Assembly: GCA_964500505.1 (NCBI GenBank)
Contig: CAZCNN010000001.1
Location: 131,826-195,825 of the forward strand
DNA: 64,000 nucleotides
Origin: an uncultured Bdellovibrionales bacterium
GTDB lineage: Bacteria > Patescibacteriota > Minisyncoccia > Moranbacterales > UBA1568
Reading direction: 5' to 3'
A program made the translations under genes and the position numbers. The notes under the pieces are model-generated. The model worked only from the letters and a program-made list of their open reading frames with translations, ran no database searches and was not told the DNA's origin. Positions 47,367 through 56,044 of this stretch are shown piece by piece (within the stretch, counting starts at the first letter, position 1; every line of letters begins with the position of its first letter).

Positions 47367-48722
47367 ATGCATTCACTCTCATCGATGAAAATCCTCCTCG
47401 GCCTCTCAGCCATCACCACCTTTGGGGCGATGCTCGGTCTCGTCGTCGGATTTTCACCCCTCCTCCCTGTGGTAGGAGCGGCCGGGATACTCGCTCTCTT
47501 TCTCCTGTTTCGGGCTCCTCTCATGCTCCTCTTTGCGCTCATCGTGGTCCGGATGTCACTCGACTATTCTTCACAGTATGTGAGCCTCACACTGTACCAG
47601 ATTACCCTCACGCTCTCTCAGCTCCTCGGTGTCGGTATCGCGTGCCTCGGATTCCTCATCATCATCCTCAAGCGTCAGTATCTCACTCGCTACCCACTCA
47701 ACGCACCCTTTCTCCTCCTCTTTATCTGGGGCGGTCTCACCCTCTCGTATAGTATCGCTCCCGGGACCACTCTCTCCGAACTCCTCCGCATCTTTGATCT
47801 CTTTGTCCTCGGCTTTCTCGCTTACGCCACGGTGCGCACAGCTGATGATTTCCGCCACCTCCTTCAGTCGTTCTTTGTCTCGAGTATCCTCCCTATTGGC
47901 TTTGGACTGTACCAATTTTTCTTTCACATCGGTCTCGCAGATGAGAATGTCTCCATCCTCCGCATCTTTGGCACCTTTAGTCACCCAAACGTCTACAGCC
48001 TCTACCTCTTTGCTCTCGTCGTCTTTGGGACACTCTACCTCACCCTCTTTGCCCGGACCATGTGGCAGCGTCTACTCATCCTCACGCTCCTCGGCCTCTT
48101 TACCCTCATGCTTCTCCTCACCTTTGCTCGGGTGGCCTGGATCGCACTCTTTCTCTTTGTCTTCTTGATCGCGCTCTTTCGCTATCGCCTGCTCCTCTTT
48201 CCGCTCTTTCTCTTCCCCTTTGTCCTCTTTGTCTTTTCGCAGAGTTTCCAGGCCCGCGTGAGCGAGAGTCTCCAGTCTGATCCAGATAGCTCGCTCCTCT
48301 GGCGCGTCACCCTCTGGCAAGACGTCACCCGCTACTCGGTCCAAGAAGAACACGCTCTCCTCGGGTCCGGTATGGATACCTTTCCTCGCGTCTCGGAGAG
48401 TCTCCGTGGTACCTCTCATGGTCCCAATGATCCGCACAATGATTTTGTGAAATTCTTTATCGAAGGTGGAGTGATCGGGATTGGAGTCCTTGTCCTCTAC
48501 CTCGGACTCATCGCTCGCCTCCATATCCGTGGTTACCGCATGAGTCGCGCTGGGAGCGGGCTCCAGATAGCATTTGGCATCATGCTCGTCTTTTTCCTCA
48601 CCCTCGAAGCCTCGGCCCTCACCGACAATATATTCAAAAACACCCCCGTCCAGTGGCTCTTCTTCACGGCCCTCGGCGCCCTTCTCGCCCTCTCCGAAGC
48701 CAAGAAAAAACTTGATCAATAG
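47367..48722 (+). CDS. O-antigen ligase / Wzy-like polymerase family membrane protein
   Basis: About 12 TM with a large loop late in the sequence; position within the polysaccharide locus. Confidence 0.65.
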   Translation: MHSLSSMKILLGLSAITTFGAMLGLVVGFSPLLPVVGAAGILALFLLFRAPLMLLFALIVVRMSLDYSSQYVSLTLYQITLTLSQLLGVGIACLGFLIIILKRQYLTRYPLNAPFLLLFIWGGLTLSYSIAPGTTLSELLRIFDLFVLGFLAYATVRTADDFRHLLQSFFVSSILPIGFGLYQFFFHIGLADENVSILRIFGTFSHPNVYSLYLFALVVFGTLYLTLFARTMWQRLLILTLLGLFTLMLLLTFARVAWIALFLFVFLIALFRYRLLLFPLFLFPFVLFVFSQSFQARVSESLQSDPDSSLLWRVTLWQDVTRYSVQEEHALLGSGMDTFPRVSESLRGTSHGPNDPHNDFVKFFIEGGVIGIGVLVLYLGLIARLHIRGYRMSRAGSGLQIAFGIMLVFFLTLEASALTDNIFKNTPVQWLFFTALGALLALSEAKKKLDQ

Positions 48723-48791
48723 CCAGTTTTCTCTCTTTATCTTTTGTTTTTCAACTTTTCCCTGTATCTCCACCTATCTCCCATCTCTTTC

Positions 48792-48826
48792 GGCTCCCGA
48801 AATCGCGGTCGCGAATATACGAGCCA
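48792..48826. repeat. Repeat copy 1: GGCTCCCGAAATCGCGGTCGCGAATATACGAGCC
   Basis: Direct repeat of 49401-49434, with the central GGTC replaced by GACC (inverted core) and a C/G difference near the 3' end. Confidence 0.7.
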
Positions 48827-48836
48827 TCATGCATGT

Positions 48837-49382
48837 ATGAGACTTGGACCAACACAGCAAAAGATACTTCTCCTGCTTCTTGGTGGACTCGCCCTTGGTT
48901 GTTCTTTCTCACCAAAAACCAGTTTTCGTGTTGTCAAACTCGTGCACCGGGGATGGCGGGACATCAATCAGAAGAATCTGAATCGATCTTTACGACTCCT
49001 TTATACCCAACAGCTGATCACTGATCGAAGGAACCCTGATGGATCTATCTCTCTCATTCTGACGCCAGAAGGAAAGCGCCAAGCCACACTCGGACAACTC
49101 CTCGGTCTCAAAATTAAAAAACCAAAGCGTTGGGACCAGCTCTGGCGCATCGTGCTTTTTGATATTCCAGAAAAACACAAAAAGTTTCGCGATATTTTTC
49201 GCTCTCACCTCAAAGCCATCGGCTTCCATGAACTCCAGCACAGTGTCTTTGTTTTTCCCTTCCCTTGTGAAAAAGAGATACTATCATTGGTCGAACTCTA
49301 TCATGCCACACCGTACGTTCGCTTCATTACTGCCAAACATATCGATAACGAGTCGACGCTCAAAAAGAAATTTTCTTTATAG
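48837..49382 (+). CDS. Winged-helix regulator-like protein with a PaaX C-terminal-like block (WDQLWRIVLFDIPEKHKKFRDIFRSHLKAIGFHELQHSVFVFP)
   Basis: Start at ATG 48837; resembles the PaaX-family C-terminal motif (WDGxW..V.F.VPE..R..R..LR..L...GF..L...VW). Confidence 0.5.
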   Translation: MRLGPTQQKILLLLLGGLALGCSFSPKTSFRVVKLVHRGWRDINQKNLNRSLRLLYTQQLITDRRNPDGSISLILTPEGKRQATLGQLLGLKIKKPKRWDQLWRIVLFDIPEKHKKFRDIFRSHLKAIGFHELQHSVFVFPFPCEKEILSLVELYHATPYVRFITAKHIDNESTLKKKFSL

Positions 49383-49400
49383 AAGCAATTTCTTTATACT

Positions 49401-49434
49401 GGCTCCCGAAATCGCGACCGCGAATATAGGAGCC
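49401..49434. repeat. Repeat copy 2: GGCTCCCGAAATCGCGACCGCGAATATAGGAGCC
   Basis: See copy 1. Confidence 0.7.
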
Positions 49435-49495
49435 ACTGGTATAAAATTGGTGCGATAGGGTTCGATAGTAGGATAGATGGAAAAATATAATTTGG

Positions 49496-49540
49496 GTAAA
49501 AAAAGAGGAGTTCCAGAGTGCGGTTGCACTTGAAACTCCT
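49496..49540 (-). terminator. Rho-independent terminator for the 49594-50235 gene
   Basis: Minus strand GGAGTTtcaagtgcaaccgcactctgGAACTCC followed by TCTTTTTTTACC. Confidence 0.55.
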
Positions 49541-49593
49541 GTTGTTGAACCGCATCAGCGATGCGGGGCTTGGCCTTGCCGGCGCCGGGATGC

Positions 49594-50235
49594 CTAGGCG
49601 GCGTCCTGGCAGGCGCTGGCGTACTCCTCGCGGTTGTACTTGTCGGCCTCTTCCTTGGTGGCCGGCCGCCAGGTGCCGTTGGCTTCGACGAAGAAGACGC
49701 TGGCCTGTTGCGACTTTCCCTTGCACGTGAGCTGTTGACGCGCTTCGGCCGGGTGCGAGACCCAGGTGATGTGCTTGCCGCTGTTGTCGCGGAGCTCCGG
49801 CGTCATGGCGACCACCTCACCACGGACGTCGGTGGCCACCTGGTGCTTGGCCACGCCCTTGGCACTCACCGTCGAGCACGACATCTGGCTCCAGCCCTTT
49901 CGGCCGACGCCACGCCAGCACAACTTGTAGTTGGCCATGCCGACGTTGTCGCCGAAGCTCGAGATGTTGGCGTTCTTGCTCGGATCGCTCGTGTCGGGCT
50001 TGGTTGCCTCGACCTTGAGGCCAGCCGGCGCCGTCTCGTCCGACAGAACCACCATCTTGATACCGGAGGTCTTGAAGATGGCCACGCCAGGCTTGCCCTT
50101 GACGTTCTCGATGGCGACCGACGTGTCGCCGTCGCCGACCTGGTTCACGTTCTTCTGCGAGGTGAACTGAGCCAAGGCCGGGAGGGCTGCGAGTGCCACG
50201 ACGAACGTGGCGAGGATCTTGGAAACGAACTTCAT
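49594..50235 (-). CDS. Secreted hypothetical protein (island gene 1)
   Basis: Signal peptide MKFVSKILATFVVALAALPALAQ; strongly GC3-biased codons unlike neighbouring genes. Confidence 0.6.
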   Translation of the reverse strand: MKFVSKILATFVVALAALPALAQFTSQKNVNQVGDGDTSVAIENVKGKPGVAIFKTSGIKMVVLSDETAPAGLKVEATKPDTSDPSKNANISSFGDNVGMANYKLCWRGVGRKGWSQMSCSTVSAKGVAKHQVATDVRGEVVAMTPELRDNSGKHITWVSHPAEARQQLTCKGKSQQASVFFVEANGTWRPATKEEADKYNREEYASACQDAA

Positions 50236-50428
50236 GGCGCTGTCCTTTCAGACAGTTGTGGTTGAGTTGATGCGCCTGATAATCAACCCAACCGAGTCGA
50301 TGAATTCAGGCGCGAGGAACAGAAACCGTCCAACGGGCACCTCTTGACGAGGTATCCACTGAACAATTCAGTATACACCCAAATGGCTCTTTTGTCAAGA
50401 GCTAATTGTGGGCAGAAATAAGCCTAGA

Positions 50429-50471
50429 ATAGCGCGTAAAAAAGACTTAGGCCGGGATCCTCGATGAGTTC
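50429..50471 (-). terminator. Rho-independent terminator for the 50672-52261 gene
   Basis: Minus strand TAGGCCGGGA-12 nt-TCCCGGCCTA followed by AGTCTTTTTTAC. Confidence 0.6.
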
Positions 50472-50671
50472 CCGGCCTAGTTGTGCGATGTTGTCGCTGA
50501 CTGTTTTGCTCTCGCTACCTACATCAAATCTCGTCGTGTACGTCGCATGTGCATGTTCTGCACCTTGGCGCGTAACCTTTTTATAGAACGTGAGAAGAGC
50601 CCAAATGGTTTCTCAGACGCTAGATGCTCCTAGGGAGCACCTACTTAGATGTTGAAGGTAGAGAATGTCTA

Positions 50672-52261
50672 TCAGTCTGGCGTTTCGTCGTCGGGGTCGA
50701 GCGGGGTCATGACAGTGCCGTTACCGAGCACGGCCGTCTTCCCGTCACTCACCTGGTCCAGGCGATAACCTTCACGACCGACTTCGACCAACTTGACGCC
50801 GTCGCACCACCAGCCGTAGCCGGGTGCTTCGCCACCATGAAGGAGATCAAAGTCGAACCCTATGCCAACACCACAGACCCTGAGGGGGTCCGAGATGCCA
50901 AGGCGCAGATTGGCCGTCTGAGAGAACGGGAGTTCACTGAAGAACCCTACCCGTGCCCAGAACGTCGCGAACTTCGCGTCGTAGATGTCCTGGTGGACAC
51001 CGGCCTGAAACACCACGCTGTGGCGCTCCAGTTCCGACGCGTCAGTCGGTTGCAAGAAGTTGCTCGCCGTGGCCCGCACTGAGGTCGGGATACCCACGCT
51101 AGCGTAGATGCGCGTTTCCGGCATCCACTTCTTGCCCGCCAAACGATTCGAGTAATCGTTGTAAGCCACCGAAGCGCCAACAAAATCGATTTCCCGTTCG
51201 TTGCGGTACTGTGCCTGGCTGAATGCCTGGTGCATGTGGCCAAAGAGCAACTTGCCCTCTGCCGTCCAGCCCTTGTCGCTGATCCGCTCAACAGCAGGAC
51301 CAAAGGCGAGTGATTGACCGTGAGCCCTTCCGGACCCAAAGTTCACGCGCACATCCCACCATGAGTTCTGGAGGCCGACACCCCACCCCGTGTAGCCGTC
51401 CCCAACCCGCTTGATGCAGTACAGGGCAGCCGTCACAAAGGTTGAGTGAGACTCGTTGCCGTTGTCGTTCGGCTCATGCTCTTGTCCGAACACGAGCTTG
51501 GGATCAAGGAGGCAACGCCTCTCTGCAACCACCGTCTTCGGCGGGATGACGAGCTCGCCGATTTCTTCCTCTTCCACCACCTTTTTGCGAGGTGGTATGA
51601 CGAGCTCGCCGATTTCTTCCTCTGCCGTCCGCGTTGTGATTGCAGGCGGGAGTGGCGTACCAACGACCCAGTTGTTGCAATTACGTACCCAGTGGAAGAC
51701 CTTGCCACTCTTGAGGATGTAGGTCCTCGCGAGCACCACGGTCTTCTCGCTCCAATCGGCCAAAACGTTCTTCTCGAACGACACCTTGCCGTCCTTACAG
51801 AACGCCACTGCCTGGAACCGATCACCGGGCTTGAAGAAGGTGTATGCTGGATGTGGTTGAGCCGACACCAGTCCGCGGAGTTCGGATTTCTCCTCGTCCG
51901 TGAGACCCATCTGGGTCCACGCTTCTTCATTCAGCACCGCTTCGGTCTTGTTGCCGCAACCATAGAGCGGTGCGCCCCCGACCTTCTTCCAGCGAAATTC
52001 GCCGGCTTCGGTCGAGGCAACTGCCGACACGGACCGCGTACGGACACCAGCCGGGAGGATATAGCTCTTCCCAGCGATGATGCCGTTGCAATTCGTGATA
52101 CGACCAGCGACCTTGTTGGCGTCGCACACCGCTTGGGCATGCTTGCCGAAAACCGCTGACAGCGTGTCTCCGCGCTCTGCCCGATACTCGGACTGAGTCG
52201 CGTGTGCACCACCCACTCCGGAGAGCAAAGCAGCGCACAGAGGAATCATGAGCCATTTCAT
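50672..52261 (-). CDS. Exported protein with an N-terminal LysM-like motif, a tandem 17-aa repeat and a beta-rich C-domain (island gene 2)
   Basis: Signal peptide MKWLMIPLCAALLSGVGGAHA; YRAERGDTLSAVF...SYILP resembles LysM; EEEIGELVIPP occurs twice; C-terminal about 270 aa has alternating hydrophobic/aromatic strands. Confidence 0.55.
   Translation of the reverse strand: MKWLMIPLCAALLSGVGGAHATQSEYRAERGDTLSAVFGKHAQAVCDANKVAGRITNCNGIIAGKSYILPAGVRTRSVSAVASTEAGEFRWKKVGGAPLYGCGNKTEAVLNEEAWTQMGLTDEEKSELRGLVSAQPHPAYTFFKPGDRFQAVAFCKDGKVSFEKNVLADWSEKTVVLARTYILKSGKVFHWVRNCNNWVVGTPLPPAITTRTAEEEIGELVIPPRKKVVEEEEIGELVIPPKTVVAERRCLLDPKLVFGQEHEPNDNGNESHSTFVTAALYCIKRVGDGYTGWGVGLQNSWWDVRVNFGSGRAHGQSLAFGPAVERISDKGWTAEGKLLFGHMHQAFSQAQYRNEREIDFVGASVAYNDYSNRLAGKKWMPETRIYASVGIPTSVRATASNFLQPTDASELERHSVVFQAGVHQDIYDAKFATFWARVGFFSELPFSQTANLRLGISDPLRVCGVGIGFDFDLLHGGEAPGYGWWCDGVKLVEVGREGYRLDQVSDGKTAVLGNGTVMTPLDPDDETPD
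51546..51647. repeat. Two tandem 51-nt repeat units inside island gene 2 (encode EEEIGELVIPPRKKVVE / EEEIGELVIPPKTVVAE)
   Basis: ATGACGAGCTCGCCGATTTCTTCCTCT occurs at 51546 and again at 51597. Confidence 0.7.
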
Positions 52262-52366
52262 GGCGTCACTCCTTGTGAATACGGTTGAGAAGCCAGGATT
52301 GGACTACGTGAGCAGCCCAAGTCCTGGCACGAATGCCTAACTTTTTGGCTACTTTCATTTCCTTTC

Positions 52367-53218
52367 CTAGTTACTCTTTTTCGCAAGGCAGTCCTCCTGA
52401 GTGGCAACATGAATGTTGCGCACCAGAGAGATCGCCACGAATACCGGGATCAAGCCTGGCGAGACCGTGAACGATCCGCAGGAAATGACCCGGTCGGCCA
52501 CCGAACTGAGATTGGTGAACTTGCCCATGATCGTCTTGGCATCTTTGGTACCAGAGTACCAGATGTCATTGACCACCAGGGTTTCGCTGAAGCGCCACTT
52601 GAGATACGAAATGATCGGATCGGGGCTCTTCAGCGTAAGAACCTGGCGCAGGTCAGAGGGATGTTCACGGAAAAAGCCCTGGGGCAGTTGCCGCAAATCC
52701 TGACCGACTGGCAGTGTCACCATTTTCTTGCGCCCCGTCATGAGCCACGTGCCGTCAGACGACACGATGACCAGGTGCCCCCGGAGAGCCGCAGCCCGTT
52801 CCAGTGGCAGATTGACGAAGAACATCCGGTAGTCAGGATGAAAGATTGCATCGAAGAGCTCAAGCAGCCTGCCATCCTCGTTGTAGAGCAAAGCGCGCTC
52901 TACTACACGGACCAGTGGCTTTGACACCACCTTGCCATCGACCTGCTTGGCCGGATAGACGCGCCCTTCATCGACCAGCTCGTTTTCCCACTTGAGAGGG
53001 AACGGCTCTGGCAAATTGAATGGCGCTACGGCCAGCGTCTCGATGGCACTGACGTTGCCCATCAACGTCACATTGTGCCATGGCTCCTGACGCACTACTT
53101 CAGCCGACTTCGGCTGCACAGTGAATCCAGAACCCTCTTTGATGCTCGCGCATCCCGAAAGGACAACGAGAGCAACGGAGGTTACAAGAACCCCCGTCAA
53201 ACGACGAATATTGTTCAT
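52367..53218 (-). CDS. Hypothetical lipoprotein (island gene 3)
   Basis: MNNIRRLTGVLVTSVALVVLSGCAS lipobox; start at ATG 53216-53218. Confidence 0.55.
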   Translation of the reverse strand: MNNIRRLTGVLVTSVALVVLSGCASIKEGSGFTVQPKSAEVVRQEPWHNVTLMGNVSAIETLAVAPFNLPEPFPLKWENELVDEGRVYPAKQVDGKVVSKPLVRVVERALLYNEDGRLLELFDAIFHPDYRMFFVNLPLERAAALRGHLVIVSSDGTWLMTGRKKMVTLPVGQDLRQLPQGFFREHPSDLRQVLTLKSPDPIISYLKWRFSETLVVNDIWYSGTKDAKTIMGKFTNLSSVADRVISCGSFTVSPGLIPVFVAISLVRNIHVATQEDCLAKKSN

Positions 53219-53322
53219 GTGACCTCCAGAGTGAAATGACATCACGCCTACATCCGACCGGACATAAGCGTTTTAACACTAAAACTGATAGACAGATTGT
53301 TAAACTACAACATTCGAATCTA

Positions 53323-53375
53323 TCCTAGGAAGAAAGCAGTGGTGACGATAACGCCGCACCGCTCTCTTCCTAGGA
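53323..53375. repeat. 15-bp imperfect inverted repeat (TCCTAGGAAGAAAGC ... GCTCTCTTCCTAGGA) at the right edge of the high-GC island
   Basis: 14/15 matching arms with a 23-nt spacer, between the island lipoprotein start and the Wzz-like paralog stop. Confidence 0.5.
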
Positions 53376-53412
53376 ACCAAGAGGGTTGAAGCTCTCAGTC
53401 TAGGAGATGGCT

Positions 53413-54075
53413 TTAGGCCATCGGGTCATTGAAAGGTACATGGGTGCCTCGGACGATCGTGGCACGGGATTCCTCCTTGGCAATCACAAAGAAGGCACTG
53501 AGGAGGAAGCCGGCGACAAAGGCGAGGAGGACTACCTTGAGAATCTTGGCGACGTTCGGACTCTGTTCGAGGATCGGACCAGAGAGGATACGGATCTCGA
53601 CACTCTTTTCATCACCACTGCGGAAGAGAGAGTTGCGCTCCGTCAGTACCTGGGCGATACCGTCCATGATACGAGCGACATCGCGCTCTCGGTCACCCGA
53701 GACGGTCACGCTGATGATTCCGAGTTCGAGGTTCTTGTTGACCGTGACCATCTTCGACCAGGTGGCGAGACGCTCCTGCTTGTCGAACGGGAGAAATTCT
53801 TTGTTCACTTTGCCAGTCTCGACGAGGGCATCGATAAAGCGGTCGCTGTAGACTGCTTCAGAGAGAATCTTGCCAAGATACTCGGACGACTTGAACAGCG
53901 TATAGAAGTCCTGATTGTTGGCATTCGACTGCACCACGAGGAAATCCATCTTGGTCTGAAATGGCTTCTCGGTCACCATGAGACCAAAGAAAGACAGTGC
54001 ACCAAAGAGGAGCCCTACGATAACGAGGGTACCAAATTTAGAGCGGAGCAGTGCGAAAATGTTCTGATTGCCCAT
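53413..54075 (-). CDS. Wzz-like polysaccharide chain-length determinant family protein (paralog 2)
   Basis: TM, periplasmic domain, TM topology; shares the WSKMVTVNKN block with 38383-39393; start at M14 (54075). Confidence 0.5.
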   Translation of the reverse strand: MGNQNIFALLRSKFGTLVIVGLLFGALSFFGLMVTEKPFQTKMDFLVVQSNANNQDFYTLFKSSEYLGKILSEAVYSDRFIDALVETGKVNKEFLPFDKQERLATWSKMVTVNKNLELGIISVTVSGDRERDVARIMDGIAQVLTERNSLFRSGDEKSVEIRILSGPILEQSPNVAKILKVVLLAFVAGFLLSAFFVIAKEESRATIVRGTHVPFNDPMA

Positions 54076-54197
54076 AGGGTATATAGAGTATTTAACGACC
54101 TTATATATTACCAAAAAATACGAGAAATGTCAATAGCTAGCCGAGACAAAGGAAAAACCCCTCATTTGAGGGGTTTTTGGCGGTTCCAGCAAGAGAA

Positions 54198-55346
54198 TTA
54201 CGAGAAGAGCCGGGTCAGCTTGTCGAGGATCTGAAATTGGGCAAAATCACGTACCGTGACGAGGAGCATGAGGACCAAAAGGAGGATAAATCCGACTTGG
54301 TGGATCATCCCCTCCACGCGATGACTCACTGGACTCCCCTTCAACTTCTCAATCAGGATAAAGAGGATGCGTCCACCATCAAGCGCCGGAATCGGGAGAA
54401 TGTTGATGATGCCGAGGTTGATAGAGAGGAGCGCGGCAAACTGGAGGAGGTACGGGAGACCAAGATCGCTCATCTGCTTGGTCAGGTAGACGATGCCGAC
54501 TGGGCCCGTGACGTCGAGCGCCGTCTTGGCTCCGCCAAAGAGTGAAGCAATCATCATCCCAAAGGCACCGAGGATAGCGAGCGTAATGTCATAGGTCGCG
54601 ATAGCTCCCCGATAGATAGCCTCGTACCATGGGTAAGACACTACTGCGGTCTCGGAAAAAGAAATCCCAAGTGCGCCCTCCGTCGCTGGATACTCAGTGC
54701 GAGGAGTCCCGGAGAGGGTGAGGGGCTTGCCAAATCGGTCTACCACCACTGTGATAGTCTGTCCCTTGTGGCTACTGATAGCCTGGGTCACCTGATCCAG
54801 TGTCGTGATGGCCTCACCGTTGATACTCACGATAGCATCACCCATACTGAGACCCATCATCTCGGCTGGGGTCCCCTTGCCGACGGCGAGGACCTGGATC
54901 TTGGCATCAGCGAACTTGCCATGATCAGCTGGCTCAATCGGCTGAGGCAAACCGAGCATAAAGACGACTGAGATGAGGAACCAGGCAAAGAGAAAGTTCA
55001 TGAAGACACCGGCAGCGAGTACCCGGATCCGGGTCCAGGCGGACTTGCCCGCGAAACTGGTCGGGTCGGTCGTATCGTGTCCATCCTCACCAGCGATTTT
55101 CACAAACCCGCCGAGAGGAATCCAGTTGAGCGAATACACCGTCTGCCCACTCGGCATTTCTTTGCTCCCCCACACGAGCTCGTACTTGCCCTCGGCATTC
55201 TTGGTCACCCCAAAGAGTCGGGGCGGGAAACCAAAACCAAATTCGTCCACCCGGATACCATTCCATCTGGCGACCAGGAAATGTCCCAACTCATGCACAA
55301 ACACGAGGAGACCGAGGATGATGACAAAAATGAGGATAGTCAGCAT
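54198..55346 (-). CDS. rseP: Site-2 protease (M50 family) RseP
   Basis: HELGHF zinc motif in the first TM helix, a PDZ-like middle region and a C-terminal LDGG motif. Confidence 0.85.
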   Translation of the reverse strand: MLTILIFVIILGLLVFVHELGHFLVARWNGIRVDEFGFGFPPRLFGVTKNAEGKYELVWGSKEMPSGQTVYSLNWIPLGGFVKIAGEDGHDTTDPTSFAGKSAWTRIRVLAAGVFMNFLFAWFLISVVFMLGLPQPIEPADHGKFADAKIQVLAVGKGTPAEMMGLSMGDAIVSINGEAITTLDQVTQAISSHKGQTITVVVDRFGKPLTLSGTPRTEYPATEGALGISFSETAVVSYPWYEAIYRGAIATYDITLAILGAFGMMIASLFGGAKTALDVTGPVGIVYLTKQMSDLGLPYLLQFAALLSINLGIINILPIPALDGGRILFILIEKLKGSPVSHRVEGMIHQVGFILLLVLMLLVTVRDFAQFQILDKLTRLFS

Positions 55347-55448
55347 AGTTTACAGATGAATACTGAATAATGAGTTATGAATCATGAATAAGAATCCGGA
55401 GAAAGACACTCTTCATACTTCCTGCTTCGTACTTCATGCTCCAGCTTT

Positions 55449-56006
55449 CTAGACGGTCATCACTTCTTCTTCTTTCTTTTTGCGGAGGACTTCAAGTTTC
55501 TGATTGTATTCATCGATGACTTTCTGGAGTTCGTCCTTGCCAGCGAATTTGTCGTCTTCGGAGATAGTCCCTTCCTTTTCAAAGTCCTGGATGTCTTTCC
55601 AGATTTCTTCGCGGATGTTGCGGACGGCGATACGAGCCTCCTCGGCGCGCTGGTTCAATGACTTGACCAGGGTCTTGCGGGTCTCCTCGGTGAGAGCCGG
55701 GAGGGTGATCCGGAGGGCGACACCATCATTGCCGGGATTGAGTCCCAGGTCGGATTCACGGATGGCTGCTTCAATGAGGACCAGTGACCCCTTGTCCCAC
55801 GGCGAGATGAGGATCTGACGGGCCTCGGGGATACTGATGCTCGCTATCTGACGAAGTGGCGTGCGCGTACCATAATAATCCACCGAGAGGTTCTCGACGA
55901 GTCCCGGATGAGCCCGGCCCGTACGAATCTTGGCCATTTCAACAGAAAAATGTTCGATAGCACTCTCGAAACTGGCTCGCTTGTCTTCAATCAGTTCTTT
56001 GACCAT
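55449..56006 (-). CDS. frr: Ribosome recycling factor
   Basis: 185 aa; FSVEMAKIRTGRAHPGLVENLSVDYYG typical of RRF. Confidence 0.9.
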   Translation of the reverse strand: MVKELIEDKRASFESAIEHFSVEMAKIRTGRAHPGLVENLSVDYYGTRTPLRQIASISIPEARQILISPWDKGSLVLIEAAIRESDLGLNPGNDGVALRITLPALTEETRKTLVKSLNQRAEEARIAVRNIREEIWKDIQDFEKEGTISEDDKFAGKDELQKVIDEYNQKLEVLRKKKEEEVMTV

Positions 56007-56044
56007 AGTCGTTCACTTAACAATCAACAATTATTAGGGGTATC

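Noticed and set aside
47571-48773. Acidic minus-strand ORFs (137 aa and 233 aa) rich in E/D/K
   Set aside because: Antisense to the Leu/Phe-rich O-antigen-ligase-like membrane gene. Low-complexity translation of the complementary strand.
54177-54545. 122-aa plus-strand ORF
   Set aside because: Antisense to rseP.
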